Of a DNA stretch of 64,000 bases, positions 27,173 through 64,000 are shown piece after piece; the stretch's first letter is position 1; each line of letters starts with the position of its first letter. The position numbers were made by a program, and so were the translations under genes. Under the pieces are notes generated by a model, which saw nothing but the letters and a program-made list of their open reading frames with translations, made no database searches and was not told where the DNA came from. The stretch is from Chrysomallon squamiferum (taxonomy: Eukaryota > Animalia > Mollusca). The stretch covers positions 37,634,001 through 37,698,000 of the forward strand of contig CM022670.1 of the NCBI GenBank assembly GCA_012295275.1. Reading direction: 5' to 3'.

Positions 27173-27409
27173 AGAAAACATATAAGTGATGTTATAATTT
27201 GAAGCATAAAATAGCTTGCAGCAAACAACAGACATTTGGTCTTCAATATCTGACTAAAGAGGCAACAATCATAAAGCTTTTATTTTCTTCTCTTTTTTTT
27301 TTTTTTTGGCCGATTGTTGTCTCTTTAGTCAGATATTGAAGACCAAAAGTCTAGTATTTGCTCCGAGCTACGTTATGCATCAACTTATAACATCACTTAT
27401 ATGTTTTCT
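27173..27409. repeat. Foldback inverted repeat, 98-bp arms, 41-bp T-rich spacer (probable MITE)
   Basis: 27173-27270 is the reverse complement of 27312-27409 with about 11 mismatches and no gaps. Confidence 0.9.
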
Positions 27410-27943
27410 TCATCATAACCCATGCTAATTGTTCTGATCGATATTGTCAAATGAAAATAATTTAGTCCACTTAATACTGATAACCCCGAAACTGCGCCTA
27501 CGATCAAAAGATTACATGTGGAACTGTGTGTATGTAGGGGACATGATGATCGGTCATCTTAGAATTAAATGATTTTACTTGACATGTTTTTAAGAAATAA
27601 TTCCGATAAAATAAATAAAATAAATAAAGAGTATAAATGTGTTTATTGAGCCGATGAACATTTCTAAGAATTACCGAGACTGTTATATGTGTTATAAAAC
27701 AGAACTTACTGAACAGAATAACAGCGCAGTCGAATGTTACAGAAACGTCGAAGAATTTTAAACTGTTTCCGTTCTTACTGAAATTTGACTTTAATACAAG
27801 ATACGGGCTGAATTTTTTAAAATTATAAGTGTATTTCAAAGTGTTTAAATTATGTTGTATTTGAACTTGATGTCCTTAATAACGACGAGCTTTGAATGAT
27901 ATACAGTGTGTTCTTAATAAAATTTGTACGTACGTGACTGCGA

Positions 27944-27980
<37 letters not shown>

Positions 27981-28280
27981 TTTCTCCCCTCTTGAATGTT
28001 TAATTATTTCGTATGTAACGGTACATGGATCTTGATTCCAAATCTTTGCAACTTCGAGAGAGTTAAAGTATATAATTATTATTCACATAAATAACTGGTG
28101 ACTTTTACAGTTGCATATGTGAAAATATGCATTCAGATGTATATGTATATATCTACACGTGAATAAATAATTATTGAAATATTGTTATTAATTTTGGAAA
28201 ATTTAGTTTGCAGTCCATTTAAAAATTAACTTGACTGGCTTACAAAGATTTAATTATTTAAATTAATGACAAAAATACCA

Positions 28281-28364
<84 letters not shown>

Positions 28365-29349
28365 GCAAAGCAACACAAATCCATACCTTTTTACTTTTTT
28401 TTTTTTTACTTTTTCTTTTTAATTTTCTTATTATTCAGTCTTTGTAATGCATATAAAAATAACACAGAATCGAGATGAGAGCCGGAATGTCAGATACGGT
28501 TACATTGCTTGTTAACGAATGGCTGAATTTATATTATCTTTATTTCTTCATTTTTAAATCAGAGATATTTTAATAGAAAACAAATATGGATTCCCATCCC
28601 TTTTTACCGTTTGATTAAGCAGGTTGTATTGCTTTCCCCTTTAACAAAAATCTTGGATGATCTGTACATTTCTTTATATACAAATATTCTGGTATCAGTC
28701 ATTGGCGTGCAGAGGTCATGTGATGTCCTTGATTGTATGCCCAAAAGACTCAAGTATAAAGGCCTAGTACTGAGAAATATTACGAAAAGGAAGATATTTT
28801 GAATATATAAACACAGACGAAACATAAAATAAACACTTTATTCGATTTAAATATATATCAACCAAATTTATTAAGTTCTTTTCTCTGATTGGATGACAGG
28901 GTCCACCGCCCCTTCGCCCTCCCCCCACCGTCTTCACGATACACTGGTGTCAGTTTCCATTTGTAGAAAACGAATCAATGTTTAAAACAAATGACTCAAG
29001 AACATTTTAAAAATATTAACGATTTTTAGGTGTCAGAATATTGTGGTGTTTTTTTTTTTTTTTTTTGTGGTTGTTGTTGTGCGTGTGTAATTATGATGCG
29101 AAAAAGAATATTTTTGGATTAGCAGTAAATATTTTTATATGCACTTTCTGTTGACATTGTGTGGGATAGTCGTGGTTTGTGGTAATAGGAATATGTCAAG
29201 TGAATGAACTAAGGAAATCCTCTAACGAGAAGAATATATACAGTTAGTGGCTGTTGTCTCGACACTCACACATACACATACATATATGCATACATGTATA
29301 TATACATACGTACACAAGCACACATACGTATGTACTTAAGTACATACGT

Positions 29350-29672
29350 CATGACCGTAACCACACTGAGGCAAATGCTTCGTACTGAAAATGACGATTT
29401 TTGGTGGGTTTTGTTTTTTTGTTAATATACAAAGATTTTATTTAAAAAAATATAAAATGTAAATCCCTATTCCGATCAAAACGATGTGAACTCATTTATG
29501 TCTACGGTTACCGTTTGAAGCCGTTGCGATGAAAACGTAACTGACTTCAAAGACGTCAGACATCAAATGGCTAGAATCGAGGATTTTGTGTCTTTCTAGC
29601 TGGAGCTCCCAAGGGCCTTAGGCGGCCCCTCAACCACTCGTCCAAATTACAAAAAGAAACTAGTTACGGCCA
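29350..29672. mobile_element. MITE-like non-autonomous element, copy 2 (same family and orientation as 26748-27120)
   Basis: Ends catgaccgtaac ... gttacggcca; colinear internal similarity to copy 1; embedded in TACA/CA simple repeats. Confidence 0.7.
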
Positions 29673-30224
29673 CAATGCACGCAAACACGCACACACACAC
29701 AAACACACTATTTTTCATTTAATGGAAAGCAAATCATCCCACTTTCCATACATAAAACATGCACACACACACACACACATACGTACATATATACAAAATG
29801 TACTTCCGTTATGAAAGGCATTATATTCTTCAAGTTAGCTAATTATGAGCAAATTCATGTTAAACAAAACGAAACAAATAAATAACAGAATGGAACTCTA
29901 CGTACAATATAAACACAATGAAGTAACTGTAAATTACTGGTTAAATTAAGCAGTCTACAAAGTAACTTTTAATAGTTACCAAGAAATATAAATATATTTG
30001 TAAACATTTTGGTGGTGTTATTTTATTATTATTTTTATTATTATTATTTTTTTTTATGATTTAGCATTTGGGTTACTCTGTGACTGTTTAAAAATATACA
30101 AACTTTTCTTAATTGACATATTTTTTTTTTTTTTTAAATTCTGATATTATTCAGACTTTTTGGTGAGGCTGAAAAGATGTTTTACAGTAATTGTTAATAT
30201 AACCAACAGCAACAAAGAACGAAA

Positions 30225-30472
30225 TGATGTCGGGAAATTATTGATTCTTTCCCGGGCAGCTGCTTGTAATACGAACTTACGAGTGCCACCAAGAGCGCAT
30301 GCGCAGCACATAATGCAATACATGTATGGGTGAAATTGTGCATAGTTTCTTTGTTGAAACTTTGATGCGCGGGAGTTAGCATTTTTTACACAATACGCTA
30401 TCTGCTAAAAATGTGATATCATATTACCTAAACGTCTGCCGAGGTTACAGTGCCGCTGTAGGACACGTAAGT
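30225..30472 (+). promoter_or_regulatory. Putative distal MYT1 promoter and non-coding first exon
   Basis: Locally CpG-rich; NRF1-type palindrome GCGCATGCGC at 30295-30304; E2F-like gcgcggga near 30367; strong donor cac|gtaagt at 30466/30467 with no ORF. Confidence 0.5.
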
Positions 30473-31317
30473 AAACGAGTTATATTTGTTTATGAAAGCT
30501 GTTAGACGGCGTGACATCAAAAACGATCAATTTTTTGACTGTTGTGATGCATGTTAACACATCGTATGACTGTCCACTTGACGAAACAGCTAAAACAGTT
30601 TGACTCAAACGTAGCGTCATGACGTTTTATAACACTGTGTTAGACTTTAATAACGTACTGTGTGGTACTTAGGAATGACACGAGACTGAAACTGTTTACA
30701 TTCGATAGACTACCGCAGTCGCATAATGGCGGGCAAGAACAGTTAAGTCACGTGACATTAATCTATTGAGTACATGTCTGATATTGAGCTGTTTAATACA
30801 TTTGACAGTTTTATGCACACATCTTTTATCTTTGCTTTAATCGTTGTTTGAAAGAAAAGAAAAGAAAATAATGATTTTTGAATACATAAGATAATTTACA
30901 GAATAATAAATAATTAAATATGTTAGTACTTACCAGAATACAGAGATAGGTTTCATGTATGCATGTAGATACTACCAGAGTTTTTATGGCCCTGTGGATC
31001 CCTAATTACTAAGAAGTATTTTGTTTGATCCTTCACTGTGTTTGTTTATTTAATTTGTATTGGAGAATAACTTAATTTCAGAAATTAAACATAGAACATT
31101 GCAATACCAGAAGACCAAACTAAGTATACTCTGGTTTCACAAAAATATATTAAACAGAGATTAAAGAAAAAGAGAGAAAAGGGAAAAAAGATAAAGATAG
31201 TTCTTCTTATTATTTATTTTTAGGGATTTATTTAATTTTATTATTATTATTATTTAATTAATTAAAATTTTAAAATTGATTTTATCATTATCTTTATTTT
31301 TATTTATTATTATTTTT

Positions 31318-31352
<35 letters not shown>

Positions 31353-32066
31353 TTTGTTAAGTTAAAATTATTTTATAATGTTTGTGTATATATTAGAATA
31401 TACATGTCTTCATTAACTAAATATTTTGTAATGAGTAAGATTTCAAAATTGTTACAAAACACTAAATAGTTTGGACTTAATGGAATGAATAATCAGACTG
31501 CCAGAATGCATTTTTAAAATTTTGTTTATTGTCTCCTCAACAAACTGGAGTTAATCATAGATTTAAGTCATTGTAGAGTTGACTCTTTATGAAAATAATC
31601 ATAATTATTATGATGAAAATATTATAAACTGAAAATGATTTATTCTTTTATTCTACTATAATACAGTAAAATCTGTTTACCAACTATAAAAAAGAAATGA
31701 GAGGAATACAATTCCACTTTTATCTTGTAATCATCATAACATCAGCCAGTTAAAACTAGGTGTCATCTGTTTATTTATTTATTTTCTTCCATAATTATTT
31801 ATGTGTTTTATTTGTTTTGTTTTATTTTATTTTTTTATTTTTTTTTTTTTTTTTTATTCTGTTGTATTTATTTATTCATTTATTTATTTATTTATTATTA
31901 TTATTTTTTTTTTTTTTATTTTTTTTTTATATTTTAAAAATGTAAATTACAAATTATAATTGAAAAACAAAACAGAAATTGTAAACATACAAGTGGTGCT
32001 GATTTTTGCTTCAACTTCCTTTTCTACAAATGGAGGACAGATTATTACACTAAATAAAATAAAATA

Positions 32067-32109
<43 letters not shown>

Positions 32110-32319
32110 TTTTTTGTGATTATCTGATTTCACAAATGAAAACCATTTTATGAATATTCATAAAAGCCATAACTTACATTTCAAGCACTATTTTTTTATT
32201 TTAAAATCATTTTTTATTTTATTATGTATTTATTTACTTATTATTAAAAAACATGAAAACAAGAAAGAAAAGGGTGTACACACATACATATATTTTGGTC
32301 AACTTAATAAAGAGACAGC

Positions 32320-32660
32320 AGACTGGCAATTATCACCTGTGTACCCCTGCAGGAGACAGGTGTTCAGGTAGAAATGTACTTTGTTCACTGTTATCCCACT
32401 TCAGCAGGCAGCAGAGAGCATCGACCAATCAGAATGAGTCTGACAGTCACACAAAGCCGATTCATCAAATCTCTTTTGAAACAGATGGGGAGTAGATAAA
32501 GGATCAATATTCCGTCCCCAAACTTGAACAAACTAGTGAAGAATGTGTGTCGTGTTTTGATACCTACTGGGAAGTTATTACATACTGGAATAATATAATA
32601 ATTTAGTTATGTTGAAGTGTATTTCTGGAGCTGAGGTGTTAAGACTTTTGTCGAGAGGTT
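32320..32660 (+). promoter_or_regulatory. Putative proximal promoter/enhancer of MYT1 with E-box cluster
   Basis: GC-richer island with CACCTG 32334-32339, CAGGTG 32357-32362, CCAAT 32425-32429 and CAGATG 32482-32487; possible donor gag|gtttga at 32657/32658. Confidence 0.4.
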
Positions 32661-33369
32661 TGATCAGTTTTATTTCTGTATTATATAGTTTTGATTCTTT
32701 TTTTTGTATGTATGTGTGCATATATGTATACTCTTATACTGAGCATTTCAACTCATAACACACAGACTGAAGACAATAAATGCTATTTTAATACTTGTAT
32801 GTGTATAGGCATATAGAAAACTCTGTCACAATCTATGTGAACATTTTAAATTATTTTTGTGCTTTAATAATAATTTGATGTAGAGTATTTATGTTTACTA
32901 TACATACATTATATAAAAATGTTTAAACATGTTTGTTGTTGGTAATTAAATAAATGATTATTATTATGGAATCACCTTTAATATATAATAATTGTGTTTA
33001 AATACTTCATAACAGTTAATACAGTGAGCATGTTCATATTAGATTCAGGGAGTGCAGTAATTTAATACATAATGACCAAGATGTAGTCAAACATATAATT
33101 TGAAAAAAAAAAAAAGAAAAAAAAAAAGAAGAGTATTATTAATTTAATATATCTATAGGGACTATACTGGAATCAAATTTAATATATAAATTTTGTTAAA
33201 TTACAGTTATTAATTTAACACACTGGAAGATTATGTTTACTACACAGTCTTGTAAATGTATTTGAACATAGTTTTACTAATTAAAAAAACACCTTGTTAC
33301 TTCATTTTTGCATACATTCATTAGTAATTTAATGTTTTGTATTTATTTTTAGCCAAACGATCGTACAGA

Positions 33370-59154
<25,785 letters not shown>

Positions 59155-60279
59155 AGTGTTATAATGTGTCGTTTGTTTGTTTTTGTTTGTTTTGTTATAG
59201 CAATTTTTTTATTTTTTTTTATTTTTTAAGGTTGGGAGTGTGAAGAAAATGGTAAATTATATTTTTAAGATAAGAAATAATGGTAGTTTTAAATGTAAAA
59301 TAAAATAAAATAAAATAAATTAAAATGTCATCAGACCGAATTAAGTTAACAAAAATGGAGACATAGTCTGGTACCAAAATTTTTATTTATTTTTTAAAAT
59401 GTTTTTTTTTTTTTTTTTTCGTTAAATGTATAGTAGTGTGAAAGAAAATGAAGTAGAGATTTTCTGTTTATTATTTATTGGATTGTGAAATAAGATAAAT
59501 GTGCAGTTTTTGCAGTGTTACAAATGTAAATAACTATTTTGAAAATAATGTGCGAATGATTGTCGTAAGTTACTGGCACCAAAGAAAACTGCGAAAAGAG
59601 AGACTAATTATTTGCTACTGTATGAAAGACATTATTAGTTATTAAGTTAGTGCATCAAAGTTAAAAAAAAAAAATTAATTGCTTGTTATTAAATTGTGCT
59701 GTTTAACTCGTGAACTGAATCCACAGTTCAGTTATTGTTTGTTAAAAGTTAACTGATTGTCAGCACAGTTTGCATAATTTATTTATTATGTTTGACTCGT
59801 TGAAAATGGTGAAAAATCTAATTTGATAATTTATGAATAAGGCAAAAAAAAAAAAAAAAAAAGAACAAATGAAGATGATTTTTCTGAACCCAATGGTGAT
59901 GAACAATCATAGGTTAAAATCTTAGAAAGATTGGTTTTTCTGCTTGCAGTATTTCTGTGTGTTATTTATGTCACTTTTGTGATTAGCTCTTGTCTCCCAT
60001 TGTTACTATTTATTTAATGCTTATTAGTTTTACACTAACTATACAGCATAATTTACAGTTGTTTTGCTTTTGTTTCTACTCATATCACTTGTAGCCATAT
60101 CAATCTCATGTTTACAATATTTATTATCATTGTTTATACATGTCCGTTATTATTTATTTGTTTTTCGTATCATATCATTGCAAACAGAGAAATGTGCAAC
60201 TTTTAATTTTTACTGTTTTACATGTTATCTGATCTCATAAACAAATCTGCATATTTTTATTTTCCCTGTATCAACTATG

Positions 60280-60315
<36 letters not shown>

Positions 60316-60639
60316 GGCTTACGTCATGAGTTCTGAAGTTTTATTTATTTAAATGCACAACACCTTATTCTAATAAGAACATGGTTTTTCGAATGACTTT
60401 TAACTTCTTCTTTATTCATTCCATAATTTTTACTGCATTTTATTTATGTAACACATATTTCATAAACTATTTTTTTAATACATTTATAGATTGGCATTTA
60501 GTGCGTCATATATCAACTGTGTGTTTAAGATTCGTGTATATTTTCATACCCACTTCCTGACATCAGTGACTTCATTCCAGTTTAGTACCACAGCAGTATC
60601 GGTACAACTGTATTCTGTTTCAAAATCAGTTGTATAGCA

Positions 60640-61140
60640 TTCCATAATATATCAGTAATAATTATTTCATTCCATTATTTCAATAATAATTATCTGATTC
60701 CTTAATATATCAATAATAATTATTTCATTCCATAATATATCAGTAATAATTATTTCATTCCATAATATATCAGTAATAATTATTTCATTCCATAATATAT
60801 CAATAATAATTATTTCATTCCATAATATATCGGTAATAATTATTTCATTCCATAATATATCAGTAATAATTATTTCATTCCATTATTTCAATAATAATTA
60901 TTTGATTCCTTAATATATCAATAATAATTATTTCATTCCATAATATATCAGTAATAATTATTTCATTCCATTATATCAATAATAATTATTTGATTCCTTA
61001 ATATTAATAATAATTATTTCATTCCATAATATATCAGTAATAGATTCCATTATATCAATAATAATTATTTCATTCCATTATATCAATAATAATTATTTCA
61101 TTCCATAACAGTATAGATACAGTTTTATTCTATTATAATA
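60640..61140. repeat. Minisatellite, ~30-bp unit, downstream of the MYT1 stop (likely 3' UTR)
   Basis: Unit ttccataatatatca(g/a)taataattatttca with interleaved shorter variants. Confidence 0.9.
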
Positions 61141-62749
61141 TATCAGTAGTATTTTTTTTCTTTCCATGACATTATCAATCCAATTTTATTTTGTTGTAAT
61201 ATCATTCTGTGATAATATTAATAATACCCATTTCATTCCATCAACATATCATTTTGGCTTATAAGTCCTATTTCATCTGGGTTGTAGACTATTCAGTTAT
61301 AATATTACTGATGGGTCACTTAGTAATAGTATCAATCACAGGTCATTCAGCCTGTAACATCACTGATGGCTCATTTAGTAATAGTATCATTCAGACACAG
61401 TAAAAACATCAATCATAGGTTAATCAACAATCATCACTTTAGAGTATCAATCATTTTCATTTTGCAGCTGTATCATCCATATGATTTCGTGATAACATGT
61501 CAATCATATATATATATTTATTTATTTATGTATTTATTTCGGTCTGGATTATTTATTACTTTGACATGTAGTTATATTATCAAGTATTAAATTAACCCAT
61601 TGTCATGATCTTTATTCAAAATGTGCAATTTAGTTTATGATCTTATTCTGTTACAGTATGTGACAAATTATTGGTGCATTCCAGATTTGTTAGAAGACTT
61701 TTCTTCTTTTTTTCATCACACTTTTTTCGTTATTTATTGACTGCATTTAATTTTCTGATTTGTGTGCAATACTCTCTAATTTATACAACACTTTTAATGT
61801 TAATTTATTCTGTTGAAATATTTATTTTACTTTGTCTCACTATTGTGAATGTTTTATTGTTTATTGTTTTTAATTTATATTTGTCAGAATCGGGTTTTTC
61901 TCTGAATGTACATACTTTGTCCTGCTATTCTTGTGTTAGTTATTCTGTCATGTTAATTATTGTCTGCTTAATAATAATAATTAAAAAAAATAAATAATGC
62001 TAACTTCTTTGTTTTTAATTATTTTTCTAAAATGTTCTTTTATATAGCTGTGCGTGTGTTTGTTATGTTTGTGATAAAATTTGCTTCTTTGTAAATTGGG
62101 AAGGAAATGCAAAGAACTTGTGTACATTTGCTTATTTCATTTAGTGATACACTAAAAAAATTAAAAATTAAAATTAAAATATCACTTCTTAAAAAGCAAA
62201 AAAAGTAAATAAAATAATAATAATAAACAACACCCCCCAAAAACCCCATTCTCCAACAAAACAAAACACAAAAACAACCGACAACAAAACACAACAAATA
62301 ACAATGGCGTAAATCTATTTTTAGCATTTATTCATTCACTGTATATTTAAATTACATCATTACATACCTGAAAATACTTACAAGTAGGTAAATAATCCCT
62401 TTCAAAATCACTGCGTCTATCAGTTTTACCAAATCAACCAACCGTAACTGAAGCAATAATTAGGTGAAGTAACTGACAGCCAAACAAAATCGAAAGTTTT
62501 AAAAATACACACTAATTAGTATGTGAAATGCCAAGCAGGAGTAATGTACAAAAAAAACAAACCTCGGTAAGTAAGGCTTCCAAAAAAAACAACTAAAAAG
62601 AAAAAAAGCACAGCATGCATTAACTATGTATCACAATAAATAATAAAATTGTGAAAAATTTTACATCTACCAGTATCTTATAATTACTTTTTTTTTTTTT
62701 TTTTTACACTGACAGCAATATAAAATAAATAAAAGAACATTTTTAAGCA

Positions 62750-62803
<54 letters not shown>

Positions 62804-64000
62804 CATCTGAATTATGAAAATGCTTATGTAAGTACAGATAATAGTATGTTTAATCACTGTTTTGTTTTTAATCATAATTACGTTTAAATAAATTTTTAAT
62901 ATAGAAAAATTATTTCTTATGTTTAGTGCTAAATAACTGTTTTTTTAATTACATATAATTTTTAATACAATAAAAAAATAAAAATATTTTATTACTGTAA
63001 TGCAAATTTTTTTGAAAATGGTACATTTAGATAAACTGTGTGTTATCATTATCAATGCTCTCCATATTCAAAAAAAAAAAAAAAAAAAAAAAATTAAAAA
63101 AAAAAAAAGAGTAATAAATTATTTCTATAAATCATTTTATCTTGAATATAAATAATAATCTTCACCTGTAAAAACTGTTTACACTGTAGGACTACAACAT
63201 TTATAAACACTAAATATAAAAAATATTTATCATGATCCTGAAACAATGAAATCTTCACATGGCTGCTGTATGATGATGATATGTCAGAAGCAAGCAGTTC
63301 AGTTTGAAAAACACTTTCAACATCAGCCTGTTCATTAAATTTTAAAGCTGGTTGTATATTAAGATCATCACGAGTTAGGTTTAGCAGATAAACAGAAAAA
63401 GGTTCCAGTCACATTAACACCCAAAGTTTCAAAAACTTCAAATATTAATAATGTCCAGATTTATGAAAATAAATAGTTTCTGACATTTTATATGTTTATT
63501 ATTATTTTTTTTGTTATTGATTGGAGTTTGAGGTAAGAAGATATTTCAGAAGTTTTTATGTAATTTTAAAAATTAGCTATATTTTAAATATCTGATGAAT
63601 TGATGTCTTAATGGATCTTAATGCCAATACCCCAGCATTATAAATGAATATAACCATAAATGTATAAGATTATAAATTTTGTTTTACTGTTGTTTTCTTA
63701 CATAAAACTCTGTGTATTACTTTCAGTGTTTAAACTAAACTTTAAAAGCTTTATGTAATTGGTGAATATAATTGTGCTAATTTTAAACATTTAACGTATG
63801 TAAATGAAATTTAAACACAAAGCAAAAACCATCAAATTAAATAAAATAAAATTTAAAAAAAACAAACAGTTTTAATTAGCCACTATGGCAATGCAAAAAA
63901 ACAAAACATTTAACCTGAAAAAAAAAAAAATATAAAAATTAATAATATTAATAAAAATAAAATTAAAAATTGAAGAGAACATTTTTACACATTGAAATAT

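Noticed and set aside
26508-29210. Further eroded MITE/SINE-like fragments (~26508-26640, ~28700-28945, ~28990-29210)
   Set aside because: Only partial terminal motifs are visible; boundaries and family cannot be supported without a repeat library.
29940-30365. AAAGTT/AACTTT words as MYT1 autoregulatory sites
   Set aside because: The hexamer is very common in DNA this AT-rich; no visible enrichment.

Overview
AT-rich, microsatellite-dense eukaryotic (metazoan) genomic DNA, probably a lophotrochozoan and most likely a mollusc (taxon inferred, not proven). Spliced GT-AG gene models could be built by hand for four conserved + strand genes: PRPF38A (2212-6465, 9 exons), SAS-6/SASS6 (12165-20258, 16 exons), EIPR1/TSSC1 (22342-26148, 9 exons) and a large MYT1/MYT1L/ST18-family gene with seven C2HC zinc fingers (33370-59154). 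A fifth gene on the - strand has one coding exon (8181-8606) and encodes a small protein with a single death effector domain (DED). A full-length but dead Tc1 (DD34E) transposon (10221-11657) sits between the divergent DED gene and SAS-6. The EIPR1-MYT1 spacer holds MITE-like elements and a 98-bp foldback, and four minisatellites lie in or after MYT1. Most worth follow-up: the PEA-15-like DED-only gene, a pri-miRNA-like hairpin in a SAS-6 intron, three single-base frameshifts in conserved exons (probably assembly indels, though one is a CCC-TGA-C +1 slip motif), EIPR1-MYT1 microsynteny shared with vertebrates, a minisatellite built from a splice donor, and Rbfox-motif clusters around frame-preserving zinc-finger exons. 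All coordinates and translations were read by eye; no database search was run.
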